Origin: Heteronotia binoei
Taxonomy: Eukaryota
Direction of reading: 5' to 3'
DNA: 64,000 bases
NCBI RefSeq assembly: GCF_032191835.1
Contig: NC_083238.1
Span: 49,910,001-49,974,000, forward strand
Below, one piece after another: positions 1-11,551 of this stretch. Below the pieces are notes generated by a model that searched no databases, was not told where the DNA came from, and saw only the letters and a list, made by a program, of their open reading frames with translations. Position numbers and translations under genes: made by a program. Within the stretch, counting starts at the first letter, position 1, and every line of letters begins with the position of its first letter.

Positions 1-263
1 TAGCACGTGGGTTTGGGCCACTGTGTGACACAGAGTGTGGGACTGGGTGGGCCACTGGCCTGATCCAACATGGCTTCTCTTATGTTCTTACGCCTATGGC
101 AGTAATGCTGTGTACTCTTGGTGCTTGGGGGGGCAAGAGTGGGAGGGCTTCTGGAGTTCTGGCCTCACTGGTGGACCTCCTGATGGCACCTGGGTTTGGG
201 CTGCTGTGTGACACAGAGTGTTGGACTGGATGGACCATTGGCCTGATCTAACAGGGCTTCTCT

Positions 264-737
264 TATGTGACACAGAGTGTTGGACTGGATGGGCCATTGG
301 CCTGATCCAACATGGCTTCTCTTATGTTCTTATGTGACACAGAGTGTTAGACTGGATGGGCCACTGGCTTGATTCAACATGGCTTCTCTTCTGTTCTTTT
401 GAGACACAGAGTGTTGGACTGGATGGGCCATTGGCCTGATCCAACATGGCTTCTCTTATGTTCTTATGTGACACAGAGTGTTGGACTGGATGGGCCACTG
501 GCTTGATTCAACACGGCTTCTCTTCTGTTCTTTTGAGACACAAAGTGTTGGACTGGATGGGCCATTGGCCTGATCCAACATGGCTTCTCTTATGTTCGTA
601 TGTGACACAGAGTGTTGGACTGGATGGGCCACTGGCCTGAACCAACACGGCTTCTCTTCTGTTCTTTTGAGACACAGAGTGTTGGACTGGACGGGCCACT
701 GGCCTGATCCAACATGGCTTCTCTTACATTCTTATGC
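264..737 (+). repeat. Tandem array of a 67-bp CR1 3'-terminal unit, 7 copies, alternating A/B variants
   Basis: Units start at 264, 331, 398, 465, 532, 599 and 666. The unit matches the CR1 3' end seen in reverse at about 32016-32095. Confidence 0.9.
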
Positions 738-1299
738 TATACTAACTAGGCTAGGAAGCACAAACAGGATTCCAAGACACACCAAAGCAATAGCATTTGA
801 ACTGGAAATGATGCCATGGGAGTTTTCTGTAAGAGTGGCTAAAGAACTTAGGGGGAGAGACCACGGCTCACAGAGGGCAGGGCTGTGGATCACTGGCAGA
901 GCATCAGCTTTGAATGTGCAAAGTTCAAGGTTTAACGCTTGGTGTCTCCAGTTAAAAGGACCAGACAGTATGTGGAGGGTGGGGGGGGGGGGTATAAAGA
1001 ACAACTCCAGCCCCAAACCCTGGAGAGCAGTTGATGGTCAGTGTTAGAGCAGGGGAAAAAATGTAGAAAACCAGGAGAAATAATGTAGAAAACCGGGTAC
1101 AAGACGAAATAATATTTAAGTTCTTGTAGATGTACGAGAATTTAAGTATTATTTTATTGGGTTTTCTACATTTTTTTTGCCTCCTGGTGTGGCCAATTTT
1201 GTCTTCATCAGTATACTGACCCCAACAGACCGGTGCCCTGACTCAACAGGAGGCAGCTTTCTTTCCTGTTCGCATGAACGCTTTAAAAGGGACACGTAC

Positions 1300-1426
1300 C
1301 GCTATCGTCGTAATAAATGCCAACGTCTCCAGCTGTGGTGTACATTATTTCATCCACGTCGGCAGCCAGGGCGTTCCTGTGGTCCTCCGATAGCCGAGAC
1401 AGCTTCTCTTTCAGCACCTGAAGCAT
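1300..1426 (-). CDS. MAIP1: MAIP1 coding exon 3 (127 nt); later exons lie outside the window
   Basis: Manual translation MLQVLKEKLSRLSEDHRNALAADVDEIMYTTAGDVGIYYDDS-G resembles human VLHALKEKVTSLPDNHKNALAANIDEIVFTSTGDISIYYDEK-G. Acceptor CATCAG, donor GTACGT. Confidence 0.92.
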
Positions 1427-1849
1427 CTGATGCAGGAGGAGAACTTAATGTTGAGCTCGTAGGATACGGGAGCCTTGAAACCAACCCACAGAGCCAGCTA
1501 CTGCTGCCTATCAGAATCAGAGCTTGGGGATTTTTTTAACTGGAGAAAAATTTGTTTTTATAGCATTTTATTGGTTTTTTCAAAGGGAAAGGACCTTTGG
1601 AATGGGGGTGGGGCAGCCAAGGAGAGCCCCAAGTGAGTGAGGCCTGTTTGGGCCGGCTGGATCGCTAGCCAATCCAAGCAGGCCTCGCACGTCCGGGGCT
1701 CTCCTTTCTTGCATCAGGTTGCTTTTGGCTGGGGTGGTGGTGGTAGCATATGCTAATGTTATGCTAATGAGCTCCACCACCTATTTTTCTACAAAACGAC
1801 CCCTGATCATTAATATAGCAGTGTCTACACCACCATCTGCTCTCACAAG

Positions 1850-2100
1850 TAGAAAATAAATACAAAATAAAGCACTGAAAAGCAAGTTACAAAGCCCGCT
1901 TTCACGTCTTCTCCAGCCCGTCATAAAACGGCTTCCAGAGTTCTTTTATCTCGTTTTTGCCATTTTCTCTTAAGAGTTCTGTTAAAATATCCATTCTGGC
2001 TGTCTCAGAAATTTTCATCAAATGTTCTTCCCTTGATGGTACTACAGCCTTTTCTCCAACTGGGGAAATTTTTTTAAAGACAACTCTCCTTCAGATGAGG
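1850..2100 (-). mobile_element. L1 ORF2 C-terminal fragment
   Basis: The minus frame EKAVVPSREEHLMKISETARMDILTELLRENGKNEIKELWKPFYDGL resembles reptile L1 ORF2 ends. Confidence 0.6.
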
Positions 2101-3309
2101 TCCGAAACTACAGTAGTACCCCTCCTGTCTCTCATTCAGTTGCATGCAGTCAGGGCCAGCTCGCCCACTAGGCAAACTAGGTGGCTGCCTAGGGTGCTGG
2201 GAAGAGGAGGCGCTGAATTGCCCCCCCCCAGTGCCCACAACAACTGCGTAGTTTGCTTGCCTGCCGGTCCCCTCCCTTCCCTTGTGCTTTGCCCGCCCCC
2301 TGGCACGATCAGAGGAGCACACCGAGGCTGGGTCCAACCGGCTTCGATGTGGCCGGCATGGCGTCTAATCCTTTGAAGCGTGCGCGGGAGAAGGCTTTGC
2401 TCCCCCTCACTTCCGGTTCCACGAAGCAGGGAGGAGAAGCCTTCTCCCGCGCACGCTTCAAAGGATTAGATAGCGCGTCACCCTCATCAAAGCCAGTCAG
2501 GCCCAGCCTCTGATGCGGAGGAAGTCTGACTGGGGCGCCACGGGACCTAGAGCCGGTGCTGCATGTAGTGCCGGATTAAACCCTGTGGAGGCCCCTAGGC
2601 AGTCGAAATCTTGTGGGCCTTCTTGCAAATTATCTCAGAGTCTGAGTGCCCGCCCCACCACCTACAGCTCCTGCTGAAGCCTGCAGGCACCTTCTTAAAA
2701 ATTCCCTTCTACCAAGCTGCAAGGGAGAGGCAAACTTGGCAACAACGCTAGCAGCAGCCGCACCAGGCAAGTTGGGCAAAGAGCGGCTCAGTTGCTGGCT
2801 GCGCGTGCAGGCGGGGAGGGCTGCAAGCAGGGGGGAAACCGGGGGGGGGGGGGGGAGCTGGCCTGGGGCCCCTAAAGGTGTTGGGGCCCATAGGTCAGTG
2901 CCTACTTGGCCTAATTGTTAATCTGGCTCTGGCTGCATGTGAAGGCTTCTAGAGCAATGGTCAAGCGGGGGTGGTACCCAAACTGGGAAAATAAGGAGGG
3001 ATGGAGCAGAAGGTAACAGCAGCAGCACAGGGAGGAGAAGGAAGAATCCATTCCCCGTTCTCTTTAGAAATGCAGAGGCCAGGCACCCAATCAGGTTCTC
3101 GCGGTGCTACCAACAAATGATTCCCCCTAGCGCTTTGCAGCGGAGAAAATACTGCACAAACTGTATCCAGAGCAGTCCCCCATGCCCTTTAATAGGCTTG
3201 TTTTTCTTTTTCAGATTAAGAAACAGAAGCAGATTAAAAAAACAGATTAAGAAACAGGAGGAGTTCTTTTCAACCCAGCAATGGGCATTAAGGGTTTGTG
3301 TTTTTTTAC

Positions 3310-3381
3310 CTCTTTAGATATCAATCCTTCCAGCAAATCATATTTACACTCGGAAATCAACTTCGAAACAAGAGCAAAGGC
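3310..3381 (-). CDS. MAIP1: MAIP1 coding exon 2 (72 nt)
   Basis: AFALVSKLISECKYDLLEGLISKE resembles human AFAHVSKLLSQCKFDLLEELVAKE. Acceptor TTTCAG and donor GTAAAA, phase 0. Confidence 0.93.
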
Positions 3382-4611
3382 CTGAAAGACAAGACGGGCC
3401 GGGGGGGGAGATCCAGTTATTTTATTTTCCACAAATATTGAGGAAGACGATAATGCTGATAGAATTCTTGCATATGATCTATGACTTAGAAAATATGGGC
3501 CTAAGCACATTTAAATGCACATTATTTCATTTGCCACTGATGGGATGTGTTTTCCATTTACGCTTTGATTATATCTCTGTCCGCAGGGCTTATATTTACA
3601 ACCAGTGTTCCCTCTAAGCTGAGTCAGTGTGAACTAGCTCACAGTAGTTTAGCTTCGAGCTCATACATTTTTGTCTTAGCTCAGGAAAAATGGTCCCAGA
3701 GCAAACTAATGTATGCAGGAGCTCACAATATTAATGCCCATAGCTCACAAAATAGAATCTTTGAGGCCCCTGAGCAACTGGATGTCAACTGCTTCCTTCT
3801 CCCTCTCTCTTGCTTCCTTCTGTATCTCAACTTGCTTTGCAAGGCTTGCTCAACTGCACAGGAGCTACAGAGCAAAACCTCTGTTTTCTCCATTGGCTGA
3901 GGCTCCTCTCTTGGGGAGGAAGGGGGGGGGAGGGATAGCTTCCTTTGCCAGGCTCTCTGAATCGCACAGCAGAACTACTGAGCCAAGCCTCTCTTCCTTC
4001 TATTGGCTGAGGCTCCTCCCCCTCCTTGTCCCTTGGGGAAGAGCCAGAGCTTCCTTTGCCCAGTTCCCTGGATCCCATGGGAGAGATACAAAGAAAACAA
4101 TTTAAGACCAATGAGCGCTAATGTTTTAAGCATGTTTTATTTTAAACTTTTAAAAAATCTTTGCATTTGTCTGTCTCCTTTATAAAGTTTATATTTCTGC
4201 TACCTGGCATTACATTTTATGTCATTTATGTCAGATTTGGCCCTCATAACAAATGAGCTTGATGCCCCTGGCTTAGAGGGAACACTGTTTACAACCTGTA
4301 CGATTTTAGGTGCTTTATAAATAACACCCAGCTGGAAGCCCAAAAGGGGCTGTGAGAAAGGGGAGGACAATTTGGAAATGCTACCAAACACTTCCGATCT
4401 GCAAGCTTCCAGCGGTTGAGCAGGCAGTCCCCCCCCCCCCCCCACATACACCAACAAACGACAGCTTGATACTCTCATCATTCCAATCCTTTTGGGAGAA
4501 TTTTCAGTTCTCACCAGACCCTTGTGATTAATTTGCATGCTCTCCTGCTTACTTGGGGAGTCCCGTGAGGATGTGAGAACCACTACTTCATCTGCAAGTA
4601 GACCACGGCTG

Positions 4612-5200
4612 CCAGTTTGGTGCAGTGGTTAAGTGGGCGGACTCTTATCTGGGAGAACCGGGTTTGATTCCCCACTCCTCCACTTGCAGCTGCTGGAATG
4701 GCCTTGGGTCAGCCATAGCTCTGGCACAGGTTGTCCTTGAAAGGGCAGCTGCTGTGAGAGCCCTCTCAGCCCCTCCCACCTCACAGGGTGTCTGTTGTGG
4801 GGGAGGAAGGGAAAGGAGATTGTGAGCCGCTCTGAGACTCTTGAGTGGAGGGCAGGATATAAATCCAATATCTTATCTACCTCACAGGATGTCTGTTGTG
4901 GGGGAGGAAGGTAAAGGAGATTGTGAGCCGCTCTGAGACTCTTCGGAGGGGAGGGCAGGATATAAATCCAATATCTTCATCTACCTCACTGGGGGTCTGT
5001 TGTGGGGGAGGAAGGGAAAGGAGATTGTGAGCCGCTCTGAGACTCTTCGGAGTGGAGGGCAGGATATAAATCCAATATCTTCATCTACCTCGCAGGGTGT
5101 CTTTTGTGGGGGGGGGGGAGGAGGGTAAAGGAGATTGTGAGCCGCTCTGAGACTCTTTGGAGTGGAGGGCGGGATATAAATCCAATATCTTCTTCTTCTT
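4612..5200 (+). mobile_element. Squam3-like tRNA-derived SINE with a 4-fold tandemly repeated ~103-bp 3' part
   Basis: tRNA-like head GCCAGTTTGGTGCAGTGGTTAAG..GGTTTGATTCCC. Repeat anchors at 4781, 4882, 4986 and 5090. Confidence 0.8.
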
Positions 5201-6932
5201 CGTTTATCATCAGCACAAAGGCGGGCGCCCTGACCTCGATAGCTGAGGCTAGCGCAATCTTGTGAGGTCTCCGAAGCTAAGCGGGTGGAAGGCAATTCAC
5301 CAAGGAAGTCCAGGGTGATCATGCAGAGGCAGGCAAGGACAACCCACCGCTGAACGTCTCCTGCCTTGAAAACCCCATGGGGTCACCGTAAGTCAGCGGT
5401 GACTTGACAACCAAGGGCCAGCAGACCTCCTATCAGATCTGGGAGCACAATAACATACTAAGAATAAGAGTTCAGGTCCCCACTTACCAATTACTCTAAA
5501 AGGTAAAGGTAGACCCCTGTGCAAGCATCAGTGGTTTCCAACTCTGGGGTGATGCTGCTTTCACAACGTTTTCACGGCAGACTTTTTTTTACAGGGTGGT
5601 TTACCATAGCCTTCACCAGTCATTGGGTGTTTCTACATTCAGTTTGATCCAGAGTTTTAGAGTCTTTAAATCGCCTGCCACTGTTCCGCTTTAATTATTT
5701 TCCTTTTACATTGGTGGATTTGCTCTGCTCATTTTGTGTAGCGAAACTTCTATATTTCCTGCTGAAAGCGTTTCAATTTGGGGGGGGGGGTAGTCTTTGA
5801 TCAGAGGGCAGCCGGAATACCAGTGCTTAGTTAAATGTATACGATTGCTTGGAAATCGTGTCAACACTGCAAAAACAATACAAATTTAAATTACTAGATG
5901 AGGCAAGCAATGATATGTAAAAATTTCAAGTCCTGTCAGTTCTCATGCGAAGTACTGCACCTTATGGTGGCTTTTGGAGAAGTCTTAAAATGCATGAAAA
6001 CTTCTACAATGAGTTTGAAACGCCTGTAGAGAAAAGATCAGATCAAAACTAGTGTGGAGAAAAACGTTGCAGCAGCAGCTCTGAAACTCATCTCACCGAA
6101 ACAAATGTAGATGCTTCGGGCAGCAACTATGCAAAACAGTTGTGAGAACAATAGGTAATGTAAAAGGTGAGTTTCCAATGTGATGATAGGGAGTCACAAA
6201 CTGTTCAGTGTAAAAACACCCATTTACATTTCCCCCCAAGCAAGCTGGGTACTCATTTTACAGCCCTCAGGAGGATGGAAGGCTGAGTCCACCTCAAGCC
6301 GGCCACCTGAACCCAGCTTCTGCTGGAATCAAACTCAGGTTGTGAGCAGAGAGTTTGGACTACAGTTCTGCAGCTTTACCACTCTGCGCCATGGGGCTCT
6401 TTACAAATTACTTCAGCACAGCCCTAACAAGTAGCATTGTGACAACAGACAGTTCAAGTATCATGCAGCTCCAACCAACATAAAGAAACCACCCCAAATA
6501 CAGAGAAAAGACACTAGGCGGTGTACAAAGATGAGACAGGAGTCATCTGTCCCCCCCAAAAAAATATGGAACAGGAGGGCGAAGGCCTGAAATACAAGGC
6601 AGAGCTAGAAACCAATACTGCCTCTAAACTATGGGGTCTTGTGAGCAAAAACTCTGCTGACATTAATCTTTTGAGAGAGCGATTTGGCTACTGCATAAAT
6701 TTGTTTGCTTTGGGGCCATTTTTCCTGAGCTAAGACAAAAATGTATGAGCTGGAGGCTATAAAGCTTTGAACTAGCTCACACGAACAACTTATCTTAGAG
6801 GGAACACTGCTAGGAAGTAGAACTGCCTTTTAAACCATTCAAAACCAAGAAGAGGTCTCTTTTATCGCACAATTTTTTTTTCCGTTCTGGTGAAACAGTG
6901 TGAGTAAAAATGGAGTATGAGGAAAGAAGTGG

Positions 6933-8528
6933 GTGGGCGTGGCGACTGAGCTTCAGGCTGGTTGCATCCCTCCTACTCTCCTGCTATTCCTGCAGATTAA
7001 CGACTATTCCCTGAATACACAGCCAATTTTGGAAAGAACATCAAAGTCAAGCATGAGAAGGACTAGAGCAAAAAAAGGTACTAAAAACCCTCCCTTTAGA
7101 TCTCCCAGAAAGGGTAAAACTGACTTAGAATCTGAAGATTCTGACTTGGAGACTTCTCTGTTAGAGGAAATGGCGGCCGAAGGGAGTAATCCTCCCCAAA
7201 GTGAACAGACTGAGATATTGCATGCCCTTACAGAGATAAAGAATGAAATTAAGAGTGATTTAAGGTCTCTTAGTGGAGAGGTTGGACAATTAAAAAAGGA
7301 ACTTGGACTTCTCAAACAGTCAGTTGAACCAATTAATAAGAAACTGGAAGAACTCTGCAGCGTTGAAAACAACGGATAAGAAAACTGAAGCTGCATACCA
7401 GACGGCAAAAAAGACAACAGAGGATTTGAAAAACTTTAAGGACTCTTGGGTCGAAAATAAGATTATACTCCAGGAGTTAAAATTAAGAGAAAGAAAGGCC
7501 AAACTTCATGGAATATCTGTAAATTTTGGAGAGACGGAACACCTTACTACAGCTTTAAATAGATGGCTGAGTCAGATTCTTCTCACAGAAGGAGAAGCAG
7601 AGCCTTCCCAAGACAGTGTTACCTCTGCCTTCCAATTAAATATTTCCAAGAAGGCTCCTGACAACGTTTCCCTGGATATTGTTGTTGAATTTAAACTACA
7701 GATGAAGAACAAATTGTTTAAAATCGCCAGGGAAAAACAAGGACTGCGCCTTGAAGACAATACAGTTTTTTTATTTCCTGATATCCCAGCTGAAGTAATT
7801 AATGCAAGAAGGAGATTGAGAGGAACAACAAAGATTCTTCATGACGAAGGAATTATGTATAGATGGTTACCACTAGGCCATGGAAAATCAAACTTTTACT
7901 GCTTATAATGAGGCATCTAGCAAGGAACTAATAGCGTAATTAAACTAAAGTCTGCAAGAGTTTGAATTGGGAAAGTATGTTTTGAATTGGGAAATTATGT
8001 TTTCTTGAGGAGTATTAATAGGAGAATATGTATATAGTTAGAAGATAGGCTAAAGATATGATAAATGGGAATGGAAAATGGGAAATGAATTGTTAAAGCT
8101 AATGGAGTAGCAAGGAGGTGGTGGGTGTGCCCCCCCCCCAAACCTCCAACTGTAGAGATTTTTCTGCAGCACCCAGTTCTGGAGGTAACTCTGTCCAGCT
8201 TTCTTTTGCAGGCACGAGAGAAGATAGTTAAGAGTTTTAAAAATTTAGCATGAAAAGATGGAAGTCCGTGAAGAAGTAAAGAAGCTTTGGAAACAAAAAG
8301 AAAGACTATAACTATGATTAGAATAAGAATTAGGAAAAGTGGTACAGGGATCGGGTGAAATCGGGTAAAGAAAGGAAATAAGATAAAGAGGAAGGGGTTT
8401 GTTTATTTGCTGTTAGTATTCAGTTTGATTTGTAGAACGTAATAAGCAAAAAATGAAATGTATTGATTTGAGATGTATAAATAAGTTGATATATGCACAC
8501 TTAATAAAATATTAATGCTGAAAAAAAA
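6933..8528 (+). mobile_element. ORF1-only L1 element (HAL1-like), about 1.6 kb, flanked by a TSD
   Basis: 12-bp direct repeat GGAAAGAAGTGG (6921-6932 and 8529-8540), AATAAA at 8503 and an A8 tail. L1 ORF1-like coding 7053-~7939 (coiled coil, RRM, FPDIP..RRRL..L...GI.YRW) with two frameshifts. No endonuclease or RT sequence. Confidence 0.75.
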
Positions 8529-9007
8529 GGAAAGAAGTGGAAAGAAAAATGCACCCATACTAAGAAGAAAATAAAGTGGAAGGATCTCTTAACACGCAAT
8601 ATTTTCTAGCCACAAGCCCAGCTGTTGTACGAAGTCTGTCCAATATGCCTCTTCCTTCAAGATCCACTTTCCAGTTCTAATCCCTGAAGAACACAAGACA
8701 TTTCTTTAAGCCTTGCAATCTGACTAAGAGCCAGCTGCAAAAGCTTCCAGACAAGACAGCTAAGTGGAATAACCGGAAGGTCACAATGGGAGCCAATGAA
8801 GGGAGTCCATAAACCCTGGTAAACCTGGAATTGTGAGCAAATCCCTCAGCACAGACCTCTTAATAATTAACTCTCAAAACACAGACAAAGAACTGTAGTT
8901 TTCACAGTTTCAAACAGCACTCCCATCCTGGAATCCAAATGCACACTGAAGTCCCTGTAATTGCCAGTGAAAAATCTGTATGAAAACCTACTATTGTTTT
9001 ACCCCTA

Positions 9008-9719
9008 GGAACATAAGAAGATCCCTGCTGGATCAGACCAGTGGTCCACCTAGTCCAGCATCCTGTCTTGCACAGTGGCCAACCAGTTCCTCTCCACAGC
9101 CAACAACAGGGCAGAAGCTGAGGCCTTCCTAGGAACATAACAAGAGTTCTGCTGAATCAGACCAATAGTCCATCCAGTCCAGCCTCCTGTCTCACACATG
9201 GCCAACCAGTTCCTCTGGAGGGCCAACAACAGGGCATAGAAGCTGAAGCCTTCCTAAGAACATCAGAAGAGGCCAGCTGGATCAGGCCAGTGGTCCATCT
9301 AGCCCAGCCTCTTGTCTCATACAGTGGCCAAGCAGTTCCTCTGGATGGCCAACAACAGAGCACAGAGGCTGAGGCCTTCCAAAGAACATCAGAAGAGCCC
9401 TGCTGGATCAGACCAATGGTCTATCTAGTCCAGCCTCCTGTCACACACAGTGGCCAACCAGTTCCTCTGGAGGGCCAACAAAAGGGCATAGAGGCTGAAG
9501 CCTTCCTAAGAACATAAGAAGAGGCCAGCTGGATCAGCCCAGTGGTCCATCTAGCCCAGCCTCTTGTCTCACACAGTGGCCAAGCAGTTCCTCTGGAGGG
9601 CCAACAACAGGGCATAGATGCTGAGGTCTTCCTAAGAACATAACAAGATCCCTGCTGGATCAGACCAGTGGTCCATCTAGTCCAGCCTCTTGTCTCACAC
9701 AGAGGCCAGCCAGTTCCTA
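9008..9719 (-). repeat. Tandem array of a ~125-bp CR1 3'-end unit (second subfamily), about 6 copies
   Basis: A(A/G)GAACAT(A/C)AGAAGA anchors at about 9008, 9131, 9256, 9382, 9508 and 9634. A related dimer lies at about 14040-14370. Confidence 0.8.
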
Positions 9720-10205
9720 TTAAAGCATCATTAAGTACAGCCAAAAGGATTAGCTGACTTGTGTTAATTCCTTTGGAGAAACAGCTCTTGTATAGCCCAG
9801 TACTATCCATGGTTATTCAGAAAGAAGGACAACTGCAATAAATAGCATTTACTCCCTGCAAGCTCACTGCAGCCTAAACAGACCTTGATACATTTTCTTT
9901 GGACCAAGGAAACAGATCCAGAACTTATTTTTGAGCCCTTATGGGGTTTTGTATTTTAATGACCAAACATTCTAAGGTATTGCTACCTTGAAAACAGGTC
10001 CTGATATTTGGACAATGTCTCATGTTAGTTCAACCATTACAAAAGCGCTCTTCTATATAAACATAGCTGTGAGTCTGGTTATTATAATCACAACAAAAAG
10101 CTATCCTGAAGGTCTAAGACGTCCATACTGAAGACTTCTTCAGCCACTTCTCGCAGTTCAGTATCTGGGTGGAGACAGGGGCGTCGTTCTGCACAACTTT
10201 TCACA

Positions 10206-10277
10206 AAGAGTTCAAAAGACCGCGTTTCCTGGATTTCCTACGGTTTCGTTGGTTTCACCTGTCATCAGTCTTCTCTC
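10206..10277 (-). ncRNA. Candidate type I hammerhead ribozyme in MAIP1 intron 1 (sense strand)
   Basis: Minus strand: GAGAGAAGA-CUGAUGA-CAGGUGAAACCAAC-GAAA-CCGU...GCG-GUC-UUUUGAACUCUU. Core motifs are exact, stem I has 9 bp with a GAA bulge and stem III has 5 bp. Stem II is weak. Confidence 0.45.
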
Positions 10278-11551
10278 AATGCTGTTTTAACTGGAGCCAC
10301 AGTACAAAGAATTCAATCACGGATCAATGCGTACATGCTCAAGTCTCTGCTACTGGCTCTCACACACTTTTTGTGTGTGAATGATAATTCAACCAATGAG
10401 GTTTTGAAGGATATATTGTGCTTAATACACTGGTACCTGTGCTGTTGTATTACCCCTGAAGAAAATGGCTGCTTTGAAGGGTGGACTTCATTGTACTTTC
10501 CCCTCCCTTCCCTAAACCGTGCTCTCTCCCGACTCCACCCTCAAAAGTCTCCAGGTATTTTCTAGCACACCCCTGGCCAATACTCCCTCTTAGCTGTGGA
10601 GTCTCGTGAGCAAAAATTCCACTTTGTGAGCTACTGGCATGAAAGTTGTGAGCTACAGCATCAATTACGTAGTTTGCTCTGGGGCCATCTTTCCTAAGCT
10701 AAGACAAAAATGTGTGAGGTGGGGGCTAATAAGACTGTGAGCTAGTTCACAACTTAGAGGGATCCAAGTGGGCAGCCATGTTGGTCTGAAGCAGAACAAA
10801 GTAGGAGTCCAGTAGCACCTTAATAAAAGATAATAAAAGTTGCCAATAAAAGATAATAAAAGTTGCCTGTTAACTGCTTTTGCTACAAGTCTAGGTAAAA
10901 CAAAAGAACACGTATTTCCTAGTTTAGAAGGGACACTGCACCTGGCTCACACCAGCTCACACTAACTCAGCTTCCAGGGATCCAAGTGGACAGCCGTTTG
11001 AAGCAGTAGAACAAAGTAGGAGTCCAGTAGCACCTTTAAGACCAACAAAGTTTTATTCAGAATGGAAGCTTTCATATGCATGCCGACTTCTTCAGGCGAG
11101 GGAATGCGCTGCAGTGAGCAGAACTACATACAGCTGGTGGGTTAAGAGTGTAAACTGACACCAAGTTAGGATCCAATGGCAAAATAGTGTAATAAACAAA
11201 CTGAAAGACCATTTGGTCTGGATAGCATTTGCGTGGGAAACCCATAAAAGGTATTAAAGGTTGCCTGTTAATTGCTCTTGCTACAAGTCTAAGTAAAACA
11301 AAAGGTTATGTATTTCCTAGTTTAGAGGGAACACTGCACCTGGCTCACACTAACTCAGCTTCCAGGGATCCAAGTGGACAGCTGTCTGAAGCAGTAGAAC
11401 AAAGTAGGAGTCCAGTGGCACCATTAAGACCAACAAAGTTTTATTCAGAATGTCAGCTTTCGTATGCATGCATGCTTCTTCAGATGAGGGGATGAGTTGC
11501 AGTGAGCAGAACTACATACAGCTGGTGAGTTAAGAGTGTAAACCAGGGCTG

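Noticed and set aside
264-737. Regular repeat array superficially resembling CRISPR
   Set aside because: No unique spacers, vertebrate context, and the unit is a CR1 3' end.
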